A stretch of 64,000 nt of DNA from Bacteroidales bacterium. Lineage in GTDB: Bacteria > Bacteroidota > Bacteroidia > Bacteroidales > JAGOPY01. Shown piece after piece: positions 1 through 9,802 of this stretch. The translations under genes and the position numbers were made by a program. The number at the start of each line of letters is the position of its first letter. The first letter of the stretch is position 1. The stretch lies in NCBI GenBank assembly GCA_046484945.1, contig JAWOHY010000026.1, forward strand, positions 2,073-66,072, in the 5' to 3' direction. The notes below the pieces were generated by a model. It searched no databases. It saw only the letters and a list, made by a program, of their open reading frames with translations, and was not told the origin of the DNA.

Positions 1-173
1 ACTACGATGGTCACTTCTTCAATGTTGGCGTCTATGGCTTCTGGTGGACGTCGACGGAGCTCAATTTCGACAGCGCTTGGCACCGTCGCCTCACTTACGA
101 CACCCCGGAAGTCTACCGGTACTACAGCGGCAAGCATCGCGGTTTCAGTGCCCGTTGCCTTAGGGATTATTGA
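1..173 (+). CDS. 3' end of a FISUMP-type (Fibrobacter succinogenes major paralogous domain, TIGR02145-like) protein gene, truncated by the window edge
   Basis: Frame 3 (codons from nt 3) reads YDGHFFNVGVYGFWWTSTELNFDSAWHRRLTYDTPEVYRYYSGKHRGFSARCLRDY, with stop TGA at 171-173. The G-x-WW-[ST]-S-TE ... G-F-S-A-RC-L-RD ending is characteristic of this domain. The supplied ORF 7..189 is a different, low-complexity frame. Confidence 0.55.
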   Translation, partial: YDGHFFNVGVYGFWWTSTELNFDSAWHRRLTYDTPEVYRYYSGKHRGFSARCLRDY

Positions 174-247
174 CAATTTGACATTTTGACATGCGAAAAA
201 GCAGACAGATTCCTCTGCAATCGTCACGGAAGGACGAATGATTATAG

Positions 248-428
248 CCCGGGACGGCAGTCCCGGGTTTAAAAGCGACAATTCCATTTATAGTCCCATC
301 GGGACGACAGAAGGCAATATCCATATTTATCTCTTTTCTGTCGTCCTTACAGGACTTTCATTTTGTAATATTCCTTTCAACCCCGGGATTTTCATCCCGG
401 GCTAATTTCGGATGTCCTTTCAGGACAT
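248..428. repeat. Cluster of four stem-loops (REP/MITE-like palindromic units)
   Basis: 248-267 CCCGGGA-cggcag-TCCCGGG. 302-346 GGACGACAGAA/TTCTGTCGTCC (11-bp stem), flanked by TCCC-atc-GGGA (294-304) and GTCC-ttaca-GGAC (343-355). 382-401 CCCGGGA-ttttca-TCCCGGG. 412-428 ATGTCCT-ttc-AGGACAT. Confidence 0.75.
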
Positions 429-513
429 GGGGGCCGGCCGCAGATCTCCCTCGGAAAGCAGCCTTATTGAAGCAGGTTCATATCAAGGGGGAGAGCGCCT
501 GATCAGTTTCTAT

Positions 514-521
514 TATCTTTG
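514..521 (+). promoter_or_regulatory. Bacteroidota -7 promoter box TAnnTTTG (esterase gene)
   Basis: TATCTTTG, 19 nt upstream of ATG 540. Confidence 0.4.
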
Positions 522-539
522 CTGTAAATAATACAGCAA

Positions 540-1637
540 ATGAAAAAGTGGGTTCTCTTCATCTCAGTCTTTACATGGTGTACATTATTATTTAGCCAGG
601 AATACTCCATCATCCATAACGGGCTGACCCGGACTTACCGCTTGTACTTGCCCGATGGATACAATCCTTCGGAATCTTATCCGCTGGTGATCAATATGCA
701 CGGGATGGGATCGAATGCCCTGGAGCAGGAGATCTATACGGAATTTAACCAGGTGTCTGATACGGGGGAATTCATTGTTGTGTATCCCAACGGTGTGAAT
801 AAGCTGTGGAATGTCAGTTCCACCAGCGGCGTGGATGACGTCGGGTTTATTTCCGCACTGATCGATACCCTGGATGTTTTATACAGTATTGATCTTCAAC
901 GGGTATATGCCACCGGCATGTCGATGGGAGGGTTCATGAGCTACCGGCTGGCCTGCGAGCTGTCGGACCGGATTGCAGCGATCGCTTCGGTGACTGGCCT
1001 GCAGGCATTTTTCCCCTGTACGCCCTCCAGGCCGGTCCCTGTTCTGCAAATGCATGGCACAGCCGACGGTGTAGTGCCTTATGCCGGCGTAGCGCCTACC
1101 ATCGCCAACTGGGTGGGGTACAATGCCTGTTCCACCGATCCTCTGGTGTATGACCTGCCGGACATCGACACCACCGACAATTCTACCGTAACTGTCTCAC
1201 AATATTTTCCCTGCGATGATTCATCTGAAGTATTGCTTTATACCATTAATGGGGGAGGGCACACCTGGCCCGGATCGAACATCATAATTGGTATTACCAA
1301 CCAGGACATCAAGGCCAGCAACGAGATCTGGGGATTTTTCCGAAAATACACTTTGGAAGGGACCTCCAGCCTGGCAGAGAGGTATGCTGAGGATGCCATA
1401 AAATTATCCATTTATCCGAACCCTGCCGGCGACTATGCGGCGATCGAAGCCGGGGGAATTTACACCGGGCAGGCTGTCATGAATGTATATGATATTACAG
1501 GGAGAATGCTCAGGCATGAGCAAATCCTGATCCCCGGCCGGTACTTGTTCGAAAGAAAAGATCTTCCCGGCGGCCTGTACGTAATCAAGGTGGAAACACA
1601 TGCTAATATTAGCGCTAAAGTATTAATATTAAAGTAA
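540..1637 (+). CDS. Secreted esterase / PHB-depolymerase-family (LpqC-like) hydrolase with T9SS C-terminal sorting domain
   Basis: 365 aa with a signal peptide. Contains HGMGS, the nucleophile elbow GMSMGG, and HGTADGVVP. The C-terminal segment LSIYPNPAGDY...GLYVIKVE matches the Por/T9SS CTD pattern. Confidence 0.75.
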   Translation: MKKWVLFISVFTWCTLLFSQEYSIIHNGLTRTYRLYLPDGYNPSESYPLVINMHGMGSNALEQEIYTEFNQVSDTGEFIVVYPNGVNKLWNVSSTSGVDDVGFISALIDTLDVLYSIDLQRVYATGMSMGGFMSYRLACELSDRIAAIASVTGLQAFFPCTPSRPVPVLQMHGTADGVVPYAGVAPTIANWVGYNACSTDPLVYDLPDIDTTDNSTVTVSQYFPCDDSSEVLLYTINGGGHTWPGSNIIIGITNQDIKASNEIWGFFRKYTLEGTSSLAERYAEDAIKLSIYPNPAGDYAAIEAGGIYTGQAVMNVYDITGRMLRHEQILIPGRYLFERKDLPGGLYVIKVETHANISAKVLILK

Positions 1638-1650
1638 TTAACCGTTATAA

Positions 1651-1692
1651 TTTCTTGTTTCTTGTTTCTTGTTTTTTGTTTCTAGTTTCCAA
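1651..1692. repeat. Tandem heptamer array (TTTCTTG) x6
   Basis: tttcttg tttcttg tttcttg ttttttg tttctag tttccaa. Confidence 0.9.
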
Positions 1693-1699
1693 GTTTAAA

Positions 1700-1742
1700 T
1701 TCTAACTTCTAAAATTCTAACTTCTAACTTCTAACTTCTTAA
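1700..1742. repeat. Tandem heptamer array (TTCTAAC) x6
   Basis: ttctaac ttctaaaa ttctaac ttctaac ttctaac ttcttaa. The array ends 2 nt before ATG 1745. Confidence 0.9.
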
Positions 1743-1744
1743 AC

Positions 1745-2173
1745 ATGTACAGCATATTACTCCACATTCACTCCGGACTTCGCTGGTTCGTCCTGGTTTT
1801 CCTTGTCTGGGCCATTATCCGGGCGGCGATGAAATCTTACCGGAAGGAGGGCAAGCCCCTGGCCGCCCTGTTGGGTCTCATTTCCACGCATGTACAACTG
1901 GTCATCGGGTTGATCCTGTATTTCATCAGCCCGAAAGTGATTTTCGCCGGCTCGTCGATGAGCAACAGCGTGTTGCGGTTTTACCTGGTGGAGCACATAG
2001 CGCTGATGCTCGCTGCCGTGATCCTGATCACCATGGGTTATGTCAAAGCCAAACGCGCTGCTGAAGATCTGAAGATGAACAAAAGCATCCTGTGGTATTA
2101 TTCGATCGGGCTGCTGCTGATCCTGGTGAGCATCCCGTGGCCGTTCAGGAACCTGGGTGCGGGGTGGTTTTGA
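1745..2173 (+). CDS. Small integral membrane protein, function unknown
   Basis: 142 aa with about four hydrophobic helices. The ATG lies directly after the tandem array. No catalytic motif recognised. Confidence 0.5.
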   Translation: MYSILLHIHSGLRWFVLVFLVWAIIRAAMKSYRKEGKPLAALLGLISTHVQLVIGLILYFISPKVIFAGSSMSNSVLRFYLVEHIALMLAAVILITMGYVKAKRAAEDLKMNKSILWYYSIGLLLILVSIPWPFRNLGAGWF

Positions 2174-2363
2174 ATGTACAATAGTAAATTCTACATGACA
2201 CTCATCTGTTTTTTTGCAAAAACTGCAACATCCATTCGTCATTAAATCATCTATACCCAAAAAACACAAAACCATCCCGGTAATACTACCCCTTTTAATT
2301 AATTAACACTTAATCAATCTTTATCATCCGGAATAGCAATTTCCTCAAGGCGTGCCGGAGTGC

Positions 2364-2371
2364 TAACTTTG
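2364..2371 (+). promoter_or_regulatory. Bacteroidota -7 promoter box TAnnTTTG (OM beta-barrel gene)
   Basis: TAACTTTG, 66 nt upstream of ATG 2437. Confidence 0.35.
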
Positions 2372-2436
2372 GTTCAAGTTGATTGGAATTCCACATCAAT
2401 AAAAAAATCAACGTAAAACCATTAAAAAGAAAAACC

Positions 2437-3105
2437 ATGAAAAAGATTGCATCAATCATCATCGTGCTGTGCTTTTTTGCCCAGGGAGGCGTAAATGCAC
2501 AGACAGAAAAGGGGAAGCTCCTGGTCGGGGTTTCCTCGCGCACCAGCTTCGGGATTTATAACTTCACCCCGTGCACACCCGACCTGATGAGTGTCGGATT
2601 CTCCACCGTAAAGTACAAGGATGACAATGGAACAGATGAGGGCAAAGACAAATTCACCAGCCTGAACATATCACCGAGGATCGGGTATTTTGTTGTAAAC
2701 AACCTCGCCCTGGGTCTGGACCTGAACCTGTCTTATCTAAATGTCGGGGATACCGAATCGGATTACAACACCCAGATCACGACCTTCACTGCCGGTCCAT
2801 TTGTCCGTTATTACATTCCCACAGGCAAAGTCAAACCCTTCGTGGAAGCAGGAGGCGCTTTCGGCAACCTGGTGTATAAATGGGATGGATGGGAAGGCGA
2901 GGAGGAGAAGATGAAACATAGCCTTACAATGTTCAATGGCGGCGTAGGCCTGGCGGTGCCCATCGGCAGCCGAGCCAGCTTCGACACCATGATCAGCTAC
3001 AACTCCCTAACGATCAAGGAAAAAGAGGACAACCCCGAAAACTCCAGGGAAATAATCGGAACTTTTGGCATAAGGTTCGGTTTAACTGTATCTCTCGGAG
3101 AATAA
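2437..3105 (+). CDS. Outer-membrane beta-barrel protein (small porin / OmpW-like family)
   Basis: ORF 2383..3105. ATG 2437 gives the signal peptide MKKIASIIIVLCFFAQGGVNA. The rest shows an alternating amphipathic strand pattern rich in G/Y/F. A terminator hairpin lies downstream. Confidence 0.65.
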   Translation: MKKIASIIIVLCFFAQGGVNAQTEKGKLLVGVSSRTSFGIYNFTPCTPDLMSVGFSTVKYKDDNGTDEGKDKFTSLNISPRIGYFVVNNLALGLDLNLSYLNVGDTESDYNTQITTFTAGPFVRYYIPTGKVKPFVEAGGAFGNLVYKWDGWEGEEEKMKHSLTMFNGGVGLAVPIGSRASFDTMISYNSLTIKEKEDNPENSREIIGTFGIRFGLTVSLGE

Positions 3106-3151
3106 CAAATGTCCTATAATTAATATTATGTTAAATCTTGCTTTTAAAACA

Positions 3152-3186
3152 GAGGGAGGATCATTCAATTGTCCTCCCTCCTTTTT
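3152..3186 (+). terminator. Rho-independent terminator after the OM beta-barrel gene (possibly bidirectional)
   Basis: GAGGGAGGA-tcattcaattg-TCCTCCCTC followed by CTTTTT. An A-run lies on the other side. Confidence 0.7.
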
Positions 3187-3193
3187 AAATCTA

Positions 3194-4336
3194 TTATTCA
3201 TTTTTCAATAGTAAATCGATCTCCGCCAGTTTTTCCATCATTCCCAGGCGAGTATAGATTTCCTTCAGTGAAACCAGGGTGTTAAGGTCATCGGGCATCA
3301 ATTCCAGCGATTTTTCAAGATACGGTATTGATTTTTTCAGCATATCATTCGCAAGCTTTGTCTGTTCTTCATATTCTTTGACGGCATCAAGCGGTAGATT
3401 GTTAGCTTTATCCAGAATATCAGCTGCCATATTTACATAAAGAGCGCCCAGGTTATAGTTTGCTTCAAAATAATCGGGGTCCAGTCCGATGGCCTGTTCA
3501 TAGGCATCAATTGCCTTATCCACATCCCCCATCTGATCGTATATTGTTCCGACGGCGAAGAAAATGGATTGATTTGTCTTATCGATCTCCTTGGCAATTT
3601 CCAAATTTGAGATGGCCTTCTCATTCTCTTCGGTTGTCAGGTAAACATTCGTTTCGGCAATCAACAAATTAAAATCCTCCGGAAACAATTCCCTTCCTTC
3701 CACCACAGTGGCAAGCGCAAGCGCAGTATCGCCTTCTGATTTGTAAATTTCTGCAAGAGTGGCATATATATCTGGTCTGTAGTATTCAAGCTCCAGCACT
3801 CTTTCATAATAGCCTTTCGCCATTTCGGTTTCCTGGCCCAGGACTGCTGCCACTGCTGCATTATACAAAGCCGAGGTATCCACCCTTCCTGCTCCCAGGC
3901 TGACATCGAATGATTTCTCAAAGCTTATAGCGGCACCTTTGAAATCCTCGTTATTATAATCAATCACCCCCTGATTGTAATACCCCTCCCCGATCGCTAA
4001 TGTAAATCGTTCTATATCATCAGTATACTCATTTTTTGAATCATATTCTTTCGCTTTTTTATAGGATTCCAATGCAACGCCCAGGGGGTCCGGATCCAGG
4101 TTCCGGAAATTTTCATCGGAACTCATGGCGATGTCGTAATAAATGTTGCCCCTGTAGAACCAGGTCCTGGCGTCATTAATGGTTTTGTCATGCTTTGCAG
4201 CATCATCAATGGCTTCTTTCGCCAGATCCAGTTTCCCATAACGATGATAGTTAAAGGCGCTGGTCCTCTTGTTCGTCTGGCCGAATAAGGCAGAAACCAT
4301 CAATACAGTCAGTAAGATCAAAACAATTCTTTTCAT
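3194..4336 (-). CDS. TPR-repeat protein with signal peptide
   Basis: ORF 3194..4363. The internal ATG at 4336 gives MKRIVLILLTVLMVSALFG. Multiple TPR-like A/Y/L repeats are present (AxxxYxxAL...P). Confidence 0.7.
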   Translation of the reverse strand: MKRIVLILLTVLMVSALFGQTNKRTSAFNYHRYGKLDLAKEAIDDAAKHDKTINDARTWFYRGNIYYDIAMSSDENFRNLDPDPLGVALESYKKAKEYDSKNEYTDDIERFTLAIGEGYYNQGVIDYNNEDFKGAAISFEKSFDVSLGAGRVDTSALYNAAVAAVLGQETEMAKGYYERVLELEYYRPDIYATLAEIYKSEGDTALALATVVEGRELFPEDFNLLIAETNVYLTTEENEKAISNLEIAKEIDKTNQSIFFAVGTIYDQMGDVDKAIDAYEQAIGLDPDYFEANYNLGALYVNMAADILDKANNLPLDAVKEYEEQTKLANDMLKKSIPYLEKSLELMPDDLNTLVSLKEIYTRLGMMEKLAEIDLLLKNE

Positions 4337-4419
4337 AGTGTGTATTATTAGATTGGTTAACATATTAACAAAGATATCAATAATTTACAGGTAATACTGC
4401 AATTTCTTTGCCAAATATC

Positions 4420-6933
4420 TTAATCATTAGTTTCCAGATGGTTATTATCATCAGCATCCATATCTGATTCAAAATCGTCAACTATATCTTCATCCATTGC
4501 AACTTTGGCTACCGAAGCGATAGCATCTTCATCTCTCAGGTTGATCAGCCTTACGCCCTGGGTGGCCCGTCCCATTACGCGCAGATCCTTCACCCCCAAC
4601 CTGATCAATATCCCGGAGCGGTTGATGATGATCAGGTCATCGGTATCGGTGACCTCTTTAATGGCAATCAGGTTGCCTGTTTTGGTTGTAATATTGATGG
4701 TTTTCACCCCTTTACCCCCCCTGTTGGTAACACGGTAATCCTCCAGGCTTGACCTCTTGCCATATCCTTTTTCCGAGACAACCAGCACGTCATAATTCCC
4801 ATTTTCCAGGCAGATCATCCCCACCACTTCATCATGGTTGCCTGCCGGGGTAATGCCTTTGACACCGGCGGCGTTTCTGCCCATGGGCCGGACGGTTTTT
4901 TCGTTGAACCGGATGGCCCTGCCGGACCGCAACGCCAGCAGCACCTCATTGGTGCCATTGGTCAGTTTGGCGGCAAGTAATTGATCATTTTCATTGATGG
5001 TGATGGCTATAATTCCGGCTTGCCTGGGGCGGGAAAAAGCTTCCAGGGTTGTTTTTTTAATAATTCCACGTTTGGTGCACAGTATAATAAAGTTGTTGTT
5101 CAGATAATCTTCATCGGCCAGGTTCTTCGTATTGATAAAGGCCCTGACCTTATCATCCGGTTCTATATTCAGAAGATTCTGTATGGCCCTGCCCTTTGAA
5201 TTTTTTGCCCCTTCGGGGATTTCATAGGCGCGCAACCAGAAGCATTTCCCTTTTTCGGTGAATAGCAGCAGGTAGTTATGGGTACTGGCGACAAAAAGGT
5301 GTTCCAGGAAGTCCTCCCCTCTCAGGTCGCTGCCGCGGGCCCCTCTCCCACCCCTGTTCTGCCGGCGGTATTCCACCAGCGGTGTGCGTTTCATATATCC
5401 CAGGTGCGATATGGTGATCACCACATCCTCGTCAGGGATCGTATCCTCAATGCGAAAATCTTCTGCTGTATATTCGATACTGGTCCGGGGCTCATCGCCG
5501 TATTTATCACTGATCTCCGCCAGTTCATCTTTGATGATCTGCATCCGCATCGACTCGTCTGACAGTACAAGTTTGTAATGTTCAATCTGTTTCAACAGGT
5601 CCTGATATTCCTGCCTGATTTTATCCCGTTCCAGTCCGGTAAGCCTTTGCAGGCGCATTTCCAGAATAGCTTTCGCCTGGATTTCGGTAAGTCCAAACTG
5701 ATTGACCAGGCCTTCCCGGGCTTCATCGGGTGTACGGCTGGCCCGTATTAGGGCGATGACTTCATCCAGGTGATCCAGGGCTACGAGCAGGCCCTCGAGA
5801 ATGTGTGCCCTTTTTTCGGCCTGTTCCAGTTCATAACGGGTTCTCCGGATAACGACCTCATGCCTGTGTTCCACGAAATAATGGATCAGGTCTTTCAGGT
5901 TCAGCATTTTCGGTTTTCCGTGAACCAGGGCGACGTTATTCACATTGAAGGCCGTCTGCAGCGCGGTCATCTGGTATAATTTATTCAGGACCACATTGGC
6001 GACCGTATCTTTTTTGAGGTCGTAGACAATCCTGAGGCCCTGGCGGTCCGACTCATCGCGGATATCTGTGATCCCCTCAATTTTTTTCTCGTTGACCAGC
6101 TCGGCGGTCCGGCGGATCATTTCCGCTTTATTGACCATGTAAGGGATACTGGTGACGATGATGCGGTCTTTCCCGCCCGGGCCCGGTTCGACGCGGGCTT
6201 CGCCCCTGACAACGATCCGGCCGCGCCCGGTTTCAAAAGCTTCCCTGACACCTTCGTAACCGTATATAATTCCGCCTGTCGGAAAGTCGGGGGCCTTGAT
6301 GTACTGCATCAGCTCCTCGATGGTGATGTCCCGGTTGTCAATATAGGCAATGGTTCCGCTGACGACCTGGGAAAGATTGTGCGGCGGCATGTTGGTAGCC
6401 ATTCCCACTGCGATTCCCGATGCCCCGTTGACCAGTAGGTTTGGGATCCTGGTGGGCAGTACCCTGGGCTCTTCCAGCGAATCATCAAAATTCAACTGGA
6501 AATCGACAGTATTTTTATCAATATCTTCCAGCAGTTCTTCAGCGATCTTTTTCAGGCGGGCCTCGGTGTAACGCATGGCCGCCGGGCTGTCGCCGTCGAT
6601 GGAACCAAAATTCCCCTGCCCGTCAATCAAAGGATACCTTAACGACCATTCCTGGGCCATTCTGACCATGGCATCGTAAACGGATGTATCTCCGTGCGGG
6701 TGATACTTGCCCAGCACCTCCCCGACGATCCTGGCGGACTTCTTGTATGATTTGTTGGAGAGAACCCCTAAATCAAGCATTCCATAAAGCACTCTTCTGT
6801 GAACCGGCTTCAAGCCATCCCTGACATCAGGCAAAGCCCTTGATACAATAACTGACATCGAATAATCGATGTAAGCCGTTTTCATTTGCGCTTCGATGTT
6901 AACCTTTACTATTTTATCCTCTCCTGTCTGCAT
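4420..6933 (-). CDS. gyrA: DNA gyrase subunit A
   Basis: 837 aa. Contains [16 protein letters not shown], the catalytic-Tyr motif [11 protein letters not shown]-terminal beta-pinwheel repeats and an acidic tail. Confidence 0.97.
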   Translation of the reverse strand: MQTGEDKIVKVNIEAQMKTAYIDYSMSVIVSRALPDVRDGLKPVHRRVLYGMLDLGVLSNKSYKKSARIVGEVLGKYHPHGDTSVYDAMVRMAQEWSLRYPLIDGQGNFGSIDGDSPAAMRYTEARLKKIAEELLEDIDKNTVDFQLNFDDSLEEPRVLPTRIPNLLVNGASGIAVGMATNMPPHNLSQVVSGTIAYIDNRDITIEELMQYIKAPDFPTGGIIYGYEGVREAFETGRGRIVVRGEARVEPGPGGKDRIIVTSIPYMVNKAEMIRRTAELVNEKKIEGITDIRDESDRQGLRIVYDLKKDTVANVVLNKLYQMTALQTAFNVNNVALVHGKPKMLNLKDLIHYFVEHRHEVVIRRTRYELEQAEKRAHILEGLLVALDHLDEVIALIRASRTPDEAREGLVNQFGLTEIQAKAILEMRLQRLTGLERDKIRQEYQDLLKQIEHYKLVLSDESMRMQIIKDELAEISDKYGDEPRTSIEYTAEDFRIEDTIPDEDVVITISHLGYMKRTPLVEYRRQNRGGRGARGSDLRGEDFLEHLFVASTHNYLLLFTEKGKCFWLRAYEIPEGAKNSKGRAIQNLLNIEPDDKVRAFINTKNLADEDYLNNNFIILCTKRGIIKKTTLEAFSRPRQAGIIAITINENDQLLAAKLTNGTNEVLLALRSGRAIRFNEKTVRPMGRNAAGVKGITPAGNHDEVVGMICLENGNYDVLVVSEKGYGKRSSLEDYRVTNRGGKGVKTINITTKTGNLIAIKEVTDTDDLIIINRSGILIRLGVKDLRVMGRATQGVRLINLRDEDAIASVAKVAMDEDIVDDFESDMDADDNNHLETND

Positions 6934-7216
6934 AATGATATTTAAAAAATTGATTATCAGTAAATTAAATATAATAAACTTATGATGCGAATGTACTCAT
7001 TTTTTCGGTAGGAGACTCAATTTTCTTACTCTTTTATTACTAACACGGACTTGTTTATATTTATGGTAAAAATCGGACAAAATATCCTTTGCAGCTGTTT
7101 AGATTTGTTTCATCAAAAACCCATCCCGGTTTTCCCGGTGAACTTTTTCAAACCAAATACGTTTAACAACCAGTAAGCCTTGCAAAGCGTCTATATTTTA
7201 GTAGCAGTTTTTTATA

Positions 7217-7224
7217 TAATTTTG
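7217..7224 (+). promoter_or_regulatory. Bacteroidota -7 promoter box TAnnTTTG (clpC)
   Basis: TAATTTTG, 29 nt upstream of ATG 7253. Confidence 0.45.
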
Positions 7225-7252
7225 CAGTGTTTACGGCAAGCAAATTAATCTG

Positions 7253-9787
7253 ATGGAAGCAAAATTTTCGCAACGGGTCAAGCATGTTCTAACTCACAGC
7301 CGGGAAGAGGCTGTCAGGCTTGGTAATAATTATATTGGCCCGGAGCATTTACTGCTTGGTATTTTGCGGGAGGCTGACGGACTTGCCTTTCATCTCATAA
7401 AGTACTTCGGACTTGATCCGGGTGATTTGAAGGCCATGATTGAAAAGGCCGTGGCAACTGACGGCGTATTCACAGGAAATCCTGATAACATTCCCCTGGT
7501 CAAGCAAGCGGAAAGGGCTTTGAAAATTACTTATCTGGAAGCCAAGATATTCAACAGTGAGCTGATCGGCACCGAGCATCTTTTGCTTTCTATTTTAAGG
7601 GATGAGGACAATATTGTGACAAGATATTTTGAACGGAATGGTATCGATTATGATACGGCAAAAGAGGAATTAAAGAAGATATTAAAAGAAAAGAAAGCCG
7701 GTGAGCGGGTAGATCCCACATTTGATCTCCCCGGCGATGCGGCTGATGAGGAGGCGGAAGAGGCAGGCAGGAGTTATGGCAGTTCCACAAGACGCCCGGT
7801 AGAGAGCAAGTCCAAGACCCCCGTCCTGGATAATTTCGGAAGAGATATCACCAAAGCCGCCGAAGACGGACGTCTGGATCCTATCGTAGGGAGGGAAAAG
7901 GAACTGGAACGGATTGCGCAGATCCTCAGCCGCCGGAAGAAGAACAACCCTGTCCTCATCGGCGAGCCCGGTGTGGGTAAATCGGCCATTGCCGAAGGCC
8001 TGGCCGAACGGATCGTCAACAGAAAAGTATCCAGGGCCTTGTTCGATAAGCGGATCATTGCCCTTGACCTGGCCTCGCTGGTGGCCGGGACAAAATATCG
8101 CGGACAGTTTGAAGAACGGATGAAAGCCGTGCTCAACGAACTGGAAAAAAATCCCGATATCATCTTATTCATAGACGAGATTCACACCATTGTCGGCGCC
8201 GGCAATGCTTCCGGTTCGCTCGACGCCTCCAATATGTTCAAACCCGCCCTGGCAAGAGGTGAAATTCAGTGCATCGGCGCAACCACGCTCGATGAATACC
8301 GGCAATATATAGAAAAGGACGGCGCCCTGGAGAGAAGGTTTCAAAAGGTCCTGGTCGATCCTACCACACCCGAGGAAACGCACCAGATACTAAGCAATAT
8401 CAAAGAAAAATACGAAGACCATCACCTGGTTACGTATTCCGACGAAGCCATTCATGCCTGCGTCCAGCTGACCAATCGTTACATCACCGACCGGTATCTC
8501 CCGGACAAGGCCATTGATGCACTCGATGAAGCGGGTGCAAGGGTCCATATTACCAATATCCATGTCCCCTCGGAAATCATCAGCATTGAAAACCGTATCG
8601 AGGAGATCCGGCAAAAGAAGACCCAGGCCATTAACAGCCAGAAATTTGAAGAAGCCGCCGAATACCGCGATATTGAGCGGAAATTGCAGGATAGCCTGAA
8701 TGCCGCCAAGAAAAAGTGGGAAGAGGAATCCAAAGTGAACCGGGAACTGGTCAGCGAAGATAATGTTGCTGAAGTCATTGCCATGATGACAGGTATACCC
8801 GTTCAGCGGATTGCCAGAAATGAAGGAAACCGACTTGTTCATATGGAGGAAGAACTGGCCGGCAGTGTGATCGGACAGGATGATCCGATCAAAAAGATCG
8901 TCAAATCCATCAGAAGGAACCGCGCCGGGTTGAAAGACCCCAGGAAGCCAATTGGTTCCTTTATTTTCCTTGGCCCCACCGGCGTTGGGAAAACCCACCT
9001 GGCCAAAGTGCTGGCCAAATATCTCTTCGACTCTGAAGATGCCCTCGTGCGTGTCGACATGAGTGAATATATGGAAAAGTTTGCAGTTTCGCGACTTGTC
9101 GGCGCCCCTCCGGGATATGTGGGCTACGAAGAAGGGGGGCAATTGACCGAGAAAGTCAGAAGAAAACCTTACTCCATTGTACTGCTTGATGAAATTGAAA
9201 AAGCACATCCCGACGTTTTCCATCTGCTGCTGCAGGTCCTGGATGATGGCGTGCTGACCGATAGCCTGGGACGTAAAGTCGATTTCAAGAATACCATTAT
9301 CATCATGACTTCCAACATTGGCTCGCGCCAGTTGAAAGACTTCGGGGAAGGAATTGGCTTCTCTACCGCGGCCAAACGCACCTCAAAGGCTAATTTTGCC
9401 AGGGGTGTCATCGAAAATGCCCTGAAAAAAACATTTGCCCCTGAATTCCTCAACCGGGTTGATGATGTGGTCATCTTCGACTCCCTTGAGCTGGAAGATA
9501 TCCACAAGATCATCGATATTGAATTGAAGGATGTGTTCAAGCGGGTAGAAGAACTCGGCTTTACAGTCAAACTCAGCGATGAAGCCAAAGCATTTATTGT
9601 TGAGAAAGGATGGGATGCCCAGTTTGGCGCCAGGCCCCTTAAAAGAGCCATCCAGAAATATTTTGAAGACCCCCTGGCCGAGGAGATCATCAAGTCGAAA
9701 ATATTGCCGGGCGATATCATTGTCATGGATTTTGACAGTGAATCGAGTGAAATAAAGCTCGAGATTCAGAAAGCCCCGAAAGAATAA
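7253..9787 (+). CDS. clpC: ATP-dependent Clp protease ATP-binding subunit ClpC (class I AAA+ chaperone)
   Basis: 844 aa. Has a duplicated Clp_N repeat, Walker A motifs GEPGVGKS and GPTGVGKT, and a UVR-like linker QKFEEAAEYRDIERKL. Confidence 0.9.
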   Translation: MEAKFSQRVKHVLTHSREEAVRLGNNYIGPEHLLLGILREADGLAFHLIKYFGLDPGDLKAMIEKAVATDGVFTGNPDNIPLVKQAERALKITYLEAKIFNSELIGTEHLLLSILRDEDNIVTRYFERNGIDYDTAKEELKKILKEKKAGERVDPTFDLPGDAADEEAEEAGRSYGSSTRRPVESKSKTPVLDNFGRDITKAAEDGRLDPIVGREKELERIAQILSRRKKNNPVLIGEPGVGKSAIAEGLAERIVNRKVSRALFDKRIIALDLASLVAGTKYRGQFEERMKAVLNELEKNPDIILFIDEIHTIVGAGNASGSLDASNMFKPALARGEIQCIGATTLDEYRQYIEKDGALERRFQKVLVDPTTPEETHQILSNIKEKYEDHHLVTYSDEAIHACVQLTNRYITDRYLPDKAIDALDEAGARVHITNIHVPSEIISIENRIEEIRQKKTQAINSQKFEEAAEYRDIERKLQDSLNAAKKKWEEESKVNRELVSEDNVAEVIAMMTGIPVQRIARNEGNRLVHMEEELAGSVIGQDDPIKKIVKSIRRNRAGLKDPRKPIGSFIFLGPTGVGKTHLAKVLAKYLFDSEDALVRVDMSEYMEKFAVSRLVGAPPGYVGYEEGGQLTEKVRRKPYSIVLLDEIEKAHPDVFHLLLQVLDDGVLTDSLGRKVDFKNTIIIMTSNIGSRQLKDFGEGIGFSTAAKRTSKANFARGVIENALKKTFAPEFLNRVDDVVIFDSLELEDIHKIIDIELKDVFKRVEELGFTVKLSDEAKAFIVEKGWDAQFGARPLKRAIQKYFEDPLAEEIIKSKILPGDIIVMDFDSESSEIKLEIQKAPKE

Positions 9788-9802
9788 CCAAATATTTGGC
9801 TA

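Noticed and set aside
7-189. Supplied 60-aa ORF (MVTSSMLASMASGGRRRSS...) at the window start
   Set aside because: It is low-complexity and has no family resemblance. The overlapping frame 3 gives a clean FISUMP-type domain C-terminus ending at TGA 171-173, so the 7..189 ORF is an out-of-frame shadow.
6934-7252. 319-bp divergent gyrA/clpC intergenic region as a possible ncRNA locus
   Set aside because: Reading it by eye, I could find only a clpC -7 box and AT-rich sequence, with no conserved-looking stem-loops or riboswitch-like motifs. A covariance-model scan (Rfam) would be needed to say more.
8390-9223. Long antisense ORFs inside housekeeping genes: 8390..9223 in clpC, 26308..27021 in lon, 27156..27824 in the nucleotidyltransferase gene, 43235..43916 in mutL, 48829..49503 in uvrB, 56353..56955 in the S8 peptidase gene, 60935..61618 across queD and the transporter gene
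   Set aside because: Each lies entirely opposite a gene with strong family motifs and has biased, low-complexity composition (R/G/P/H-rich). This is typical shadow-ORF behaviour, and none resembles a known family.
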